From a virus: DNA of 64,000 nt. Numbering within the stretch: position 1 is the stretch's first letter; every line of letters starts with the position of its first letter. Both the position numbers and the translations under genes were made by a program. Under the pieces are notes generated by a model. That model had not been told where the DNA came from. It was given only the letters and a program-made list of their open reading frames with translations, and did no database searches. Shown piece by piece: positions 45,838-55,584 of the stretch. Location: the IMG/VR virus record IMGVR_UViG_3300045283_000397, positions 1-64,000 of that record; one strand, given 5' to 3'.

Positions 45838-47779
45838 TCCCCCAATCCTTACCGAATTCAGCGTCCACCTTCATCGGCACGCGCAATTGTACTACGTCAC
45901 GCATGATCTCGGCTACTCTCAGGGCCGTTTTTTCATCGCCCACCGACACATCTATCTCGTCGTGCATCATGAGCAGCGGCGTAATTCCCTCATGCCAACA
46001 TTGGCGAAGCGCCAACTTTGCCTGAATGGCCGCGCTACCCTGGATGAGGCGATTGAGGGCCTTCTGGCAGAAAGCCCGGCGCAAGCGCTTATCGGGCCAC
46101 AACGCGCGCGCGGCGGCCAGCGGACGAGGATAAGCGTAACCGGGTTCCCCGTCGCGCCAGGCCAACTCCCACAAATCGAAGTGAGAGCGCGCCCCGTTGA
46201 GCAAACGCACCCAGCCACGGCTTTCGGCCAGCTGCTGGCAGCGCTTTGCCAATTCCTTAACGAAGGGTAATTCGCGATTGTACTGATCCAAAATGGCGCG
46301 CGCAGCTTCCTCGCTCTGGCCAATCATCATCGCGAATTTCTTCACCCCGGCCCCATAGCTGACGCCGAAGTTTGCATCCTTAGCAGGTTTGCGATCCAGC
46401 CCCGTGATCTCGGCCACATATTGATGGAAGTCGGTCTCGGGGTCCTCGCGGTAGCGCTGTGCCGCTGCGCCCGCGCCAGGGAGATCTAGTAGCTCGGCGA
46501 AGTGCACGATCAATCTGTATTCCTGCTGGCTCCAATCGAACGAGCCCCACACTTCCCCCGGCTCCGGCAGGAACGCACCGCGGAACACCGCGGCTATCTC
46601 CTCATCGCGACTGGGCGCTTGCTGCAAGGCGGGGTCGGAATAGCTGAAACGATAGGAGCGCGTGCCATCCCCTGGTTCCCCTCGGTAAGAATTCACACTG
46701 GCGTGGAGCCGTCCTCTATGGGCGTAATCTAAGATAAATCCTTTAAGAAATTTGTCGGCTGCCTCGGTCAGCTGGTCCGCTCTCGACACCAGCCGCGGCA
46801 ACCAGTGTTCATGCCCCCTCATCCAATCCTTGGTAAATGACCCCTGGCCCGTTTTGGCCGTGCGCGGGTAGCCTATGCGCTGGGAGTCATGCGCCTTCTC
46901 CAGCCAGCGCGGCGAGCGCACCTGCTCCATCCCCAGCGCCGTCACTCCCAGCTGCTCGGTCAGCTCCTTCAGCACCCCATCGCGCTTTTCCAGCAGCGCC
47001 CCCCGGCTCCGCGCCACGCCCTCCAGGTCCACCCTAATGCCGCGGCGCCGCATCTCCAGGCACATGGGCACCAAATCCATCTCCAGCCTATACGCTGCCC
47101 AGGTGCCCTCGGCCTCCAGCGTCGGCACCAGCGCGTTATAGAGCGCCAGCGTGGCCCTGGCGTCCGCCTCCGCGTACAAGCCCACGTAGCGCGCCGGCAG
47201 CCTCCACAGCGCGCCCTTTACCGCGTCGCCATGGTACCCGTAGGCAGCCGCGGCCTCCCTAAGCGCGCGCTCGTCCTTCCCCGGCAGATCGCGCCACCGG
47301 CAGAGATCGTCCAGCTGGTAGTTGAGCCGATTCTCATCGACCATCACCGCGGCGGCCAAGCTATCCTCTATGATCGAGGGAGGTTCCAGGCCCCATTGGG
47401 CGCGCTGCCACCCGAGATCGTAGTTGGCAGAATGGTACAGCCAGCGCAGCCCCCCGGCCGCGGCGTGGTGGTCGCCCAGCCAGCGCCTCACCGCGCCTTC
47501 ATCAAAATTCGCCCCCTCAGGGTGGCGCAGCGGCACGTAGATGGCCTGATCGTCCCAGGCCCAAGCTATTCCGGCTATGTGCCCGCTACGGTACGGCCAG
47601 CCCGACCCGCGCCCGGCGGCGAGCGAGTCGTCGCGCGTCTCGATGTCTTCCGCGATAATCAACTCTCCCCGGTCGCGCAGATCGGGCAATTCCGCCGGCG
47701 CCACCCACGCGGAAGGCGGCGTTATCAAGGGGAGTTGCTCTCCTCCAATGTGGACGCTTTTGGCCCGGGCGCGCGCCAT
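45809..47779 (-). CDS. DNA polymerase family A with a 3'-5' exonuclease domain
   Basis: DIETRD exonuclease I motif, RFSYSDPALQQ, DWSQQEYR (motif A), AKDANFGVSYG (motif B), HDE (motif C). Confidence 0.95.
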   Translation of the reverse strand: MARARAKSVHIGGEQLPLITPPSAWVAPAELPDLRDRGELIIAEDIETRDDSLAAGRGSGWPYRSGHIAGIAWAWDDQAIYVPLRHPEGANFDEGAVRRWLGDHHAAAGGLRWLYHSANYDLGWQRAQWGLEPPSIIEDSLAAAVMVDENRLNYQLDDLCRWRDLPGKDERALREAAAAYGYHGDAVKGALWRLPARYVGLYAEADARATLALYNALVPTLEAEGTWAAYRLEMDLVPMCLEMRRRGIRVDLEGVARSRGALLEKRDGVLKELTEQLGVTALGMEQVRSPRWLEKAHDSQRIGYPRTAKTGQGSFTKDWMRGHEHWLPRLVSRADQLTEAADKFLKGFILDYAHRGRLHASVNSYRGEPGDGTRSYRFSYSDPALQQAPSRDEEIAAVFRGAFLPEPGEVWGSFDWSQQEYRLIVHFAELLDLPGAGAAAQRYREDPETDFHQYVAEITGLDRKPAKDANFGVSYGAGVKKFAMMIGQSEEAARAILDQYNRELPFVKELAKRCQQLAESRGWVRLLNGARSHFDLWELAWRDGEPGYAYPRPLAAARALWPDKRLRRAFCQKALNRLIQGSAAIQAKLALRQCWHEGITPLLMMHDEIDVSVGDEKTALRVAEIMRDVVQLRVPMKVDAEFGKDWGSAKNAWNTA

Positions 47780-47783
47780 GGGG

Positions 47784-48059
47784 CTAGTGGGCCCGCAGCT
47801 TGGTCTCAGCCTTCAAGGCCAACCAGCCACGTTGGGTGGTATAGATAACCCTCTGTGCTTCATTCACGTAATAGGGCGGGGGTTTTTCGATTTGTTTATA
47901 TTTCTTCCAGGGTCTCCAAGGACGGGCGAAAAGCCGCTCCTTCCAGGTACGGCGCACCAAATCGAAATCAGTCAAATAGTCGCTGACCAAGACGCGCATG
48001 CCCCCAATCACCATTCCGGTGTCCAGATTCTGGCCTTCAAAGAGGTTCCCCCCGGTCAT
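47784..48059 (-). CDS. Hypothetical protein
   Basis: RTWKERLFARPWRPW motif. Confidence 0.5.
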   Translation of the reverse strand: MTGGNLFEGQNLDTGMVIGGMRVLVSDYLTDFDLVRRTWKERLFARPWRPWKKYKQIEKPPPYYVNEAQRVIYTTQRGWLALKAETKLRAH

Positions 48060-48189
48060 CGCAACAGCACCCCCAGCAGCAGACCCGCGGGCATGGCCGC
48101 CGCTAGCGCCAGCGCTATGTTCTGCACCTGCTCGCCCACACTAGTGACCAGCAGCACGGGCTCGCGCCAGTCGGCCAGCAGCCTACGCA

Positions 48190-48963
48190 TCATGGGGCCT
48201 TGCTCAGGTGGTTCCATTTGATCATGGTGTGGCCGCTCTCGCCGTCAAGTTGCACATAGGCATCGCCATCTTGCAAGAACTCCTTGGCCACCCCGGTCCG
48301 GCCATAATAGGTATGGCCGGGGGTGGTGCACACCACCCGGTCGCCCACCTTCATATCGAAGGCACCGCCTCCGGGCACTATGTTCTGGCGCGCATGGTGG
48401 CCGCCATCTTCCGGTGTGCCCGGCCTGTTGGGCTCCTCGCGCCATTTGGCCCCGCGCCTTGCCAACTCCGCCCTTATATCGCGCGCCAGCGCGTCGCCCA
48501 CGCGCGAAAGCGGCGAGCGCCCGAGATCGATCAGTTGCGCGCGCAAGCCCGAGGTGGACCACTGATTTAGTGACTGTCTGTTGAGGGGAGGTTCCGTAGC
48601 CAGTGGCCCCGTCCTTATCACGCTGCGCGCAGCCATTTCCGCTTCCACTAAAAGCAAATAGCGCCTCAAGTCGCGCACCTCGGCCAACACGGTGCCATCC
48701 CCGCCTGTGGCGTCGGCTTCGACGGCGGCAAACACGTCGTAGCGCTCCACCGTCAAGTTGGGCTGGCCCGCGCGCGAGCGATTGAGAATGTGCGTCTCGC
48801 GCCCTAGCATATTCTCCAAGCGGTCCCACTTGCGCGCCAACATATGAAACGCGCCGCAACCACCACGCTTTTTCCAGGAACCTTGGTAAGTTTTTTCTTT
48901 TTCTTTTATATGTTCCACATCAGACTGGGCGATCGAAAATAAATAATCTAGATGGCTGGACAT
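48190..48963 (-). CDS. Nucleotide-modification-associated, alpha-helical NTP pyrophosphatase-like protein
   Basis: KEKTYQGSWKKRGG.GAF.MLARKWDRLE...DLRRYLLLVE; located in the modification cluster. Confidence 0.65.
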   Translation of the reverse strand: MSSHLDYLFSIAQSDVEHIKEKEKTYQGSWKKRGGCGAFHMLARKWDRLENMLGRETHILNRSRAGQPNLTVERYDVFAAVEADATGGDGTVLAEVRDLRRYLLLVEAEMAARSVIRTGPLATEPPLNRQSLNQWSTSGLRAQLIDLGRSPLSRVGDALARDIRAELARRGAKWREEPNRPGTPEDGGHHARQNIVPGGGAFDMKVGDRVVCTTPGHTYYGRTGVAKEFLQDGDAYVQLDGESGHTMIKWNHLSKAP

Positions 48964-49454
48964 TTAGCCCTCCTTTTCTCCCAACCTCTTTTAGCAGACT
49001 TGGACATTCTTTCTTTCACTCCTGGTAAAGCCCACCATGCAAGAATAGAAGCTTTCATCTTAGGGCGGGGGCCGGGGGGCCTCTTGATTAAACCGTCTCT
49101 TTCAGCTTTTTGTTGGTTTTGAGATCGAGTGAGGAGTTGAAGATTTCTTAGTCTACAATCTAATTTCTTATTATTTATATGATCTACCTCCATTTTAAGG
49201 GAGATAGGACCATTAAACCAAAACCAAACTAACCGATGAGTATAAACCATTTTGCCGTGATGGCGAACTTGTCCTCTACCATTAGGACCGGGGGTGTGTC
49301 CCACTCTTCTCCAGGGGCCTTTAATATGGGTAGGGCCACCCATTTGCTTACAAGTTAAAATATGACCTGATTTATTTACTCTATAAAGACCACTGGTCTT
49401 CATAATAGGAAATAAATAATCGTTTTTACCTGTGTATCTATAATTAGGCACCAT
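48948..49454 (-). CDS. HNH homing endonuclease
   Basis: HRLVW...VDHINNKKLDCRLRNLQLLT..QN; AT-rich. Confidence 0.85.
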   Translation of the reverse strand: MVPNYRYTGKNDYLFPIMKTSGLYRVNKSGHILTCKQMGGPTHIKGPWRRVGHTPGPNGRGQVRHHGKMVYTHRLVWFWFNGPISLKMEVDHINNKKLDCRLRNLQLLTRSQNQQKAERDGLIKRPPGPRPKMKASILAWWALPGVKERMSKSAKRGWEKRRAKCPAI

Positions 49455-49989
49455 CGGCCACCGCCTCCTCCAGCCTCTCGCGCTTGATTTGATAGGCAAG
49501 CAGGTTGGTGCGGATAAATTCGGGCAGCTTCATCTCCAGCAGTGTCGCGCGGCACCGCTGGGCGACCAGCGCCGCATACCTATTGCCCATGTTGATCTCA
49601 TGCAGCGCCCATTCCAGCATCTCGAGCGTCTCGGCCGCTTTGAATACCGCGCGATCCATCTCGCTCAGCACCTGCACCCCCGGCAGCTGCCAGCGCTTGG
49701 CCATCGCGCGGTGCGCCTCGTCCTCGCTCACATCCAGCGCGGCCTTGAGCAGCTTGTTGCTGCGCTTGGCGTGCCAGCTACAATCCCCTGCCCAAAGTTC
49801 TCCCACATCATGGACTAGTCCATGGACTAGCACGTGGCGCGGGCAGTCAGGCCAGATCGCCAGCAGCAGCCGCATCACCTGCCAGCTGTGTTCCCCGGTA
49901 GTCTGGCGGCTAACGTGCGGGAACACCCCGTAGCGCGGTATCTGACCAGCGCGCCGGGCGTCTAGCACGTGCTCTTCGCGCATGGTCAT
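49444..49989 (-). CDS. HD-domain 5'-deoxynucleotidase (YfbR-like)
   Basis: RY......QTTGEHSW...HDVGELWAGD. Confidence 0.8.
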   Translation of the reverse strand: MTMREEHVLDARRAGQIPRYGVFPHVSRQTTGEHSWQVMRLLLAIWPDCPRHVLVHGLVHDVGELWAGDCSWHAKRSNKLLKAALDVSEDEAHRAMAKRWQLPGVQVLSEMDRAVFKAAETLEMLEWALHEINMGNRYAALVAQRCRATLLEMKLPEFIRTNLLAYQIKRERLEEAVADGA

Positions 49990-50531
49990 GCGGGCGCCTT
50001 CGTCCTGATATTTTGCATGGCGAATTGCACGCAGCGCGCTTGATGCTTGGCATCGTCAAGGGCGTTGTGATGCATACCCTGGCGCAGAATGGATCGTGGA
50101 TCGAATTGAACGATTTCGAAAAGGGTGCGTGTGCAGCGCACATTCCAAAATTTCCAAGGCACCATGGTACCGACCGCGTGTGCCGCTGCCAGCCACAGCG
50201 GCTCATCAAAGTTGGCGCCGTGCGACCATATCTGCTCGGCCCTGGCTTCCCAGAGGAACCATTGGTGGAATTCCTTTACGACTTCGCTAAGCGCGCGCGG
50301 ATCGATTAGAAGCGCGGCTTCCGCTTCGCGCGATTGGCGTGACCACCATTCTTTGGTTGCTGTATCGACGATGAGGCCGGCTTCAAGGCAGGAAACATAG
50401 TCGATATTGCGATAGAATTCAGCACCCGTAATCTTCCCCAATGGATCGAATGCAACCGCCCCGATGGAGCGTAGCACGCACCCTGGCCGAGTGCCGTATG
50501 TTTCGAGATCGAGCATTACGTTGAGCATCAT
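49986..50531 (-). CDS. DEDD 3'-5' exonuclease
   Basis: VMLDLET, WSHGANFD, RCTRT, HNALDDA..QA. Confidence 0.8.
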   Translation of the reverse strand: MMLNVMLDLETYGTRPGCVLRSIGAVAFDPLGKITGAEFYRNIDYVSCLEAGLIVDTATKEWWSRQSREAEAALLIDPRALSEVVKEFHQWFLWEARAEQIWSHGANFDEPLWLAAAHAVGTMVPWKFWNVRCTRTLFEIVQFDPRSILRQGMHHNALDDAKHQARCVQFAMQNIRTKAPA

Positions 50532-50625
50532 ATCCTCCGCCCCGCCCACACCAGCGCCGCGACAATCGCCAGCGCTAGCGCGCCCTGGGCCGCCTGGCCC
50601 AGGTCCATATACATCGGCCCCGTCA

Positions 50626-51744
50626 TCATGACGCCACCATCTCCGGCTTGCGCATCCGGCGCTCGAACCACTCGCGGCATGCAAGGCGCCAATCCGTCGC
50701 TGCTATTTCTGTGGTAAGCGCCAAGGCTTCATTGCGGTGGCCCAACCTCCACAGCCGCATGCAGACGGCCATGGGCCAGACCGTGCGCGAGAGGAACATA
50801 TTGCGGAACCCCCAATTTGGCGCGCAAGGCTCTGGGTCAATAACGTGTAGGTCGTCCAACATTTCCATCAAGCGCATCAGCTCCCGGTCAAAGCTCTCGG
50901 GCTCGTCCACCAGCGCCATCGGCGCCACCCCGGCCGTGGCGTAGCCGTTGCCCGCTAGCGCGAGAGGCAAGCCGAGGGCGCGCAGCGCGCTGACCGGGGT
51001 GCCCTTGGGTGCGCCCGCGCGTCGCGCCAAGCGCTCCAGTTCGATCACGTAGATATGTAGGTTCCAGCTAACCATGGTCAATGTGCCCACCTGCACTCCG
51101 ATCATGGCGGCTAGGTATTCGAGCAAAATTGCAAAATGAACGGAATTCGCGCCCGCAAGCCCAAACAAAAAATCATGGCTGCGGCTGGTGGTCATCATAT
51201 GCAGCGCATCGTCACGCACGCGCAAATTTATCATGAGATTACAGGGCCTATCGCGCCACTCGCCCTTGAGATCGTTGGCACCGATGGTATACCTATCGTA
51301 GACGTCGGCAGCGGCGATATCTGATGCATCCCACATCTGGATTACGGCCTGGCGATCCCCCCGGTTACGGCGCAGCTTCTCGATGCAGACGGCTAGCTGG
51401 TCGTAGCCGAAGTGCGTCCTCCACCTTTGTCCATAGCCGCCATGGATGTTGCCGTCGGGCTCGGCAAAGCGCGCGCCGAAGTCGCTGATGTAATTGTTGA
51501 GCAGAGCCGCGTCCGAGCGCCCCGCCAGCATGGCCGCCGCCTCTATGAGGTGGAATGCAGGATTGGCATCCCTCACCGCATTGAACAGCACGCACTCGCG
51601 CGGGCGCGCATATACGGTGGCCACCGGCCCCGGCGCCACCAGCACCGGCCCGTTGCGGGACGCCTCCTGGCTCCCGTGCTGGAGCAGATAGTCCACGCCC
51701 AGGGGCAGCGCCTCGGCGACATTGACCGCGTGTATTACGTGCAC
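50626..51744 (-). CDS. Thymidylate-synthase-fold enzyme, probable dUMP hydroxymethylase
   Basis: SRNG, RDANP.FH, GGYGQRW, DRQAV, PCN, RSHD..G..GANSVHF (Asn at the dUMP-specificity position), NLHIY. Confidence 0.8.
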   Translation of the reverse strand: MHVIHAVNVAEALPLGVDYLLQHGSQEASRNGPVLVAPGPVATVYARPRECVLFNAVRDANPAFHLIEAAAMLAGRSDAALLNNYISDFGARFAEPDGNIHGGYGQRWRTHFGYDQLAVCIEKLRRNRGDRQAVIQMWDASDIAAADVYDRYTIGANDLKGEWRDRPCNLMINLRVRDDALHMMTTSRSHDFLFGLAGANSVHFAILLEYLAAMIGVQVGTLTMVSWNLHIYVIELERLARRAGAPKGTPVSALRALGLPLALAGNGYATAGVAPMALVDEPESFDRELMRLMEMLDDLHVIDPEPCAPNWGFRNMFLSRTVWPMAVCMRLWRLGHRNEALALTTEIAATDWRLACREWFERRMRKPEMVAS

Positions 51745-51959
51745 TCGCGTGTCTCCGCGCTGGGATGGGCCGTGACAAAGGCGTCGCGCTCCTCCCGGAT
51801 GGCAAAGCCCCAGGTCCTAACGCGCGTGGAGAATACGACTGAGAGGTGCTTCCCCGGCACGCGCTCGGGCCGCACCTTGGTGCTGGATGTAGCGCAGAAG
51901 GGGTAGCGGTGTTTACGCTCTTCCCAAAATGTATGTGCTTTTCCCATGGGCACTACCAT
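51735..51959 (-). CDS. Hypothetical protein
   Basis: Coupled ORF in the cluster. Confidence 0.45.
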   Translation of the reverse strand: MVVPMGKAHTFWEERKHRYPFCATSSTKVRPERVPGKHLSVVFSTRVRTWGFAIREERDAFVTAHPSAETRECT

Positions 51960-52051
51960 GGGCCCGCGCGCAGGCGCAGTAAAGCGTGGAGGCCCGCCAG
52001 CGCTAGCTGGTCGGGCCCCCTACAGTCCAGCAACTCTGTGGGGGGACGGGG

Positions 52052-52687
52052 TTACTCGACCGCGACGTATCCCTTCTCCACGTCCCAGCGCAGGCAGCCC
52101 AGCGCCACCGAGCGCCCGAGCTTCTCGCACAGCGTGGCGACCTTTATGCCGGTGCGGTAGGCGGCGAACCATTCGTGCGCCTTGGTGCCCTCGCGCTTGG
52201 GGTTGCCCTCCGCCAGAACGGTGATCTTGGCCTCGTCGCCGTAGGCCGGCGCGCGTCCGCGCCGCCCGCTTCCATTGCCTTCCTTCTTCGCCTTCTTAGC
52301 CTTGGCCATCTGGCCCTCCTTGCTTTCTGCCGGGGCCGGATATGCCTGCGGCGGTTCCTGCGGTACAGTGGGTGGCTCGGCCGGGGTCACCCGCATGGCC
52401 TCGGCTTGGTCTTGTAACACCTCTTCGCAGAGGCGCTCGGCGCGCGGGTCGGCACGCAACCTAGCCAGGCCGGGGCTAATATCGTCCCCCCCGGCGCGGC
52501 GCTGGCCCTCCTTGTGGGCCTTCATGCTGCTGGCGATGGCCGCCAGCGACTTCTCGGCGTCGCTGCGGTCCTTGAAGCAGCGCCGCTCGCGATAGTGCGT
52601 CAATCCCGCGAGTTGCGCGTCGGCAACCAAAGTGTTGTAGGCGCGCAGCATCTGCTGGATGGTCATCTCGCTATAGTCGGTCTTCAT
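52052..52687 (-). CDS. Hypothetical protein, possibly DNA-binding
   Basis: Basic linker followed by NPKREGTKAH..F..Y..G..V.....LRWD..KGY. Confidence 0.55.
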   Translation of the reverse strand: MKTDYSEMTIQQMLRAYNTLVADAQLAGLTHYRERRCFKDRSDAEKSLAAIASSMKAHKEGQRRAGGDDISPGLARLRADPRAERLCEEVLQDQAEAMRVTPAEPPTVPQEPPQAYPAPAESKEGQMAKAKKAKKEGNGSGRRGRAPAYGDEAKITVLAEGNPKREGTKAHEWFAAYRTGIKVATLCEKLGRSVALGCLRWDVEKGYVAVE

Positions 52688-52769
52688 TGCCCAGTTCTCT
52701 CCTGATAGTGGTTTATTAGTATTCAACCTCTAACCCATCTCTTGGAGAATGTAAAGGGGGTCCGCGAAA

Positions 52770-53576
52770 TTATTTTCTTCCGTCTTCGGCTGCTTTTTTC
52801 CAGGCCACGGTGACTTCGGTGCGAGTGCCGAAGCCTTCGGCGTCTGTTTTATTGGCCTTTTGGCGTAATTTTACATAACCGGGGTGAAGTTCTACTAGGC
52901 GCTGAGCGCTGGCTTCGTGCAGCGCATGGGTGCGCCAGAGCGAGCATCCCCCCGGCGCATTGGTCTGTCCCTGATCGTTGGCCCAGTAGCAGAGATTGGC
53001 ATTGCCCAGACCCGCGCGCAATAGCTGGAGCTGTACGTCGAAGTCTTCCATGACCGGGAGGCGGTCATGTTCGCAGGCCAAGAATTCCTTGGTGCGATAG
53101 ACGAGCACACGCATCACGCGCGTGTCGCGCAGCACCAAGTCCTCCGGCGTGCCCACGCCGTGCCGATTGTTGCCTTCGCGGCTGCTCACCCCTGCCGAAG
53201 CCACCTCGGCCAAGCAATCCAGCAGCGCCGCCAGCATTTGTTCCATATCACCCCAGGCCACGGGGCGCAGGTGCCAGCTCTCGTTAGATTTCCTTACAAA
53301 AAAGCGCACGTCGTCGTCCATCATCAGGAAAGCATCCTGCCCCTGGCCGCTGGCCATTTCGCCAATGATGCGTCTCTTCTCACCGATAGACCTATATCCG
53401 ATTCCTTCTACCGTCACGCCTTTAATAGAGTTATTGGCCAATTTGTTCTTGTATCGGGCGACTTCGTCTCCCGGCACGACCAATATGGTGCGCGCGCGCA
53501 GCCCTGGTCCCATATCTGCGAGCGGGCCGTGTGGGATGAGCGCGGCGCGCCCCCGGCTGGGGATGTAGATCTTCAT
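52770..53576 (-). CDS. GT-A glycosyltransferase of the TET/JBP-associated (DNA base-modifying) type
   Basis: IYIPSRGRA, MMDDD (DxD), MEDFD..LQLL..G, NAPGGCS..R, ending W.KA. Confidence 0.75.
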   Translation of the reverse strand: MKIYIPSRGRAALIPHGPLADMGPGLRARTILVVPGDEVARYKNKLANNSIKGVTVEGIGYRSIGEKRRIIGEMASGQGQDAFLMMDDDVRFFVRKSNESWHLRPVAWGDMEQMLAALLDCLAEVASAGVSSREGNNRHGVGTPEDLVLRDTRVMRVLVYRTKEFLACEHDRLPVMEDFDVQLQLLRAGLGNANLCYWANDQGQTNAPGGCSLWRTHALHEASAQRLVELHPGYVKLRQKANKTDAEGFGTRTEVTVAWKKAAEDGRK

Positions 53577-54301
53577 GATTTTCTTCGAATACGTTTACCA
53601 AGCCCTTGTTTCTTAGCTCTTCGAGAAGCTGCGGCGCGCTTCTCCGGCGTCCAAGCACTCCGTTGTTTTTCACGCGTTTCCAAGCTGGCCTTGCGCCCAG
53701 TGTTTAATATGCGTATGCGCCTGCTTTGTTCTCGACGCCGCTTAGGTGTCCATGCTGCACGCTGCTTGGCACGTGTTTCTTTACTAAACTTGATACCGCG
53801 CCTTTTCTCTCCGGCTATGGCTGCTTTAATAAGGAAACTCGCCACAGATTCTGCCGACCAAGTTTTACGGCCGAATTTACCTTTGGCGTGTTGTTTCTTA
53901 ACTCGTCGTGATCGGCGTTTTATTTCTTCGGGATCTGCTGCAATTTGCAAAGCAGCTACGCTCATTTTAATTTTTGTTTCTTCAGTATGTTTAGACCCTT
54001 TGGGGGTACCAGCATTGGGTTGGACATTTAATAAAGGGCCATCATAATTATCCAACCACCATTGTTCCCTGATGTCCAATTCGGACTCAGGGCAAAGTTC
54101 CATTATTTTATATTGCCAGTCCTTTGGATTGGTGCTGTTCCAAGCGTCTAATAATTTCTTGCTATGGTGCCATGGCCGTTTGAGCATGGCCCGATGATAT
54201 GAAAATCTGTTCTCTATCCACACTGACCCACCAATATATGCCATTTTGGTCAGCACATGGATCAGGGCATATATGCCGCAACTCTTTTTAGGCCTGGCCA
54301 T
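53573..54301 (-). CDS. Free-standing GIY-YIG endonuclease with NUMOD3 repeats
   Basis: GIY......AYIGGS...R...H; HTEETKIKMS. Confidence 0.85.
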   Translation of the reverse strand: MARPKKSCGIYALIHVLTKMAYIGGSVWIENRFSYHRAMLKRPWHHSKKLLDAWNSTNPKDWQYKIMELCPESELDIREQWWLDNYDGPLLNVQPNAGTPKGSKHTEETKIKMSVAALQIAADPEEIKRRSRRVKKQHAKGKFGRKTWSAESVASFLIKAAIAGEKRRGIKFSKETRAKQRAAWTPKRRREQSRRIRILNTGRKASLETREKQRSAWTPEKRAAASRRAKKQGLGKRIRRKS

Positions 54302-55169
54302 TCCCTTCGAAAAGGCGCTTGGGCCTCCCCTCCCCTAGTCGCACGCGCTCATATTTGTCGAATTCGCAATTTAGCGATTGACAGTCTTGACCATGAAATG
54401 GCTCGTGTAGCCATTTGCTATTTATCCAGTCTTGCAGCCTGCGCAGCTGCAAGCGCCATTCATCCTCGCGCCACGCGGCATCCTTTGGCCTATTCAAAAT
54501 CCTATTTAAGCCACGCCTGCTCCCTGGGCCACTGGCAGCGAACGTATACCAGTCCACGGCCTTGCGCAACGGCTCCACATATTTGCAGTCAGCAATTACT
54601 TGCGCGGCCATAAAGCTACCGAGCCCTTGCATCTGGCCCAGCAGCATGTGGTAACTGTTTAGACTGTCCCCCGGTTTGGGCCGCAACCTTTCTCGCCCCT
54701 GCCAGAGTGGTTGCAACACTTCCACTGTGACATACTCTGCCTTGCTCATCTTGCGCCCATTGGTGCTGACGATGTAAGCTGGCCCAAAGCACAGTTCACC
54801 ATACTCCTTGCGCCGCGCCATCACCCTCAAGAACCTCTCAGGCTCCCAAGGCACCGGCCAGCCGATCTCCGCCAGCGTCTCCGGCCAATTCACGAATCTT
54901 GCAACAACCATCCCGAACCACAAATCCTCATCCCCGGCGTAGGGCTCGCGCCAATTAACCCGGATCCATTGCGTCACAGCATCATCCTCGCGTCGAATGT
55001 TGCAAAATCTGTAAGAACGTAAGATGATGTCATCCGTCCAAGGCTTCGGCTGCCCCGCCGAGCGCCTAAGCCTGATGGCCTCGCGTTCAACGGCGAAGGC
55101 CAGGAGACGTTCGCGCGGATCGGCAATGGCGCCAATCTTAGTTTCAATCGCTGGCGCGGGCACTGCCAT
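54288..55169 (-). CDS. aGPT-pyrophosphorylase clade 1 / 5-hmdU DNA kinase helical-domain protein
   Basis: EREAIRLRR..G..KPWTDD.IL..YRFCNIRREDD, G.GSFMAAQVIAD, GPGSRRGL, CEFDKYER. Confidence 0.85.
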   Translation of the reverse strand: MAVPAPAIETKIGAIADPRERLLAFAVEREAIRLRRSAGQPKPWTDDIILRSYRFCNIRREDDAVTQWIRVNWREPYAGDEDLWFGMVVARFVNWPETLAEIGWPVPWEPERFLRVMARRKEYGELCFGPAYIVSTNGRKMSKAEYVTVEVLQPLWQGRERLRPKPGDSLNSYHMLLGQMQGLGSFMAAQVIADCKYVEPLRKAVDWYTFAASGPGSRRGLNRILNRPKDAAWREDEWRLQLRRLQDWINSKWLHEPFHGQDCQSLNCEFDKYERVRLGEGRPKRLFEGNGQA

Positions 55170-55371
55170 GCTCCTTGGCGGTCTCGATGGCCCAGCGCGG
55201 GGCGCAATAGCGCTTCTCGTTGCGCGCATAAATCACGGCCTTGCGCGGCAGCCAGAGCCGCCAGCCGTAGTAATCGAACTGGATGGCCCAGTCCGTGCGC
55301 TCGTGGGACTCGCCCAGGTAGCGGTATCCCGGCAAACGCTCAGCCACCCGTTTTATCCCCCGCATCACCAT
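55144..55371 (-). CDS. Hypothetical protein
   Basis: Small coupled ORF (WLPRKAV motif); start position approximate. Confidence 0.45.
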   Translation of the reverse strand: MVMRGIKRVAERLPGYRYLGESHERTDWAIQFDYYGWRLWLPRKAVIYARNEKRYCAPRWAIETAKEHGSARASD

Positions 55372-55584
55372 TGACCTTCTCCACCGTAATCTTAACCCGG
55401 TCCCCTGCATGTATTTCGGGTTTTTCAAACCCGAGATGCAAGCTCTCGTAGCTGCCTTCCAAGTGCATGTACCAGCCCAACGATTGCTCGCGGAACTTGG
55501 CCTCCTCGCCGAAGCCGCTTAGATATATCTTGCGCATCTCCTTGCGTACGCTAAGCACCCGGGTATGCGTCACCCATCGCATGG

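Noticed and set aside
27586-47779. Introns or inteins in TerL, primase or DNA polymerase
   Set aside because: These ORFs are continuous and of normal size, and I noticed no splice motifs in them.
49444-49989. Z-genome (2-aminoadenine) pathway suggested by the HD hydrolase plus PolA
   Set aside because: No PurZ-like gene is seen; the context indicates thymidine modification.
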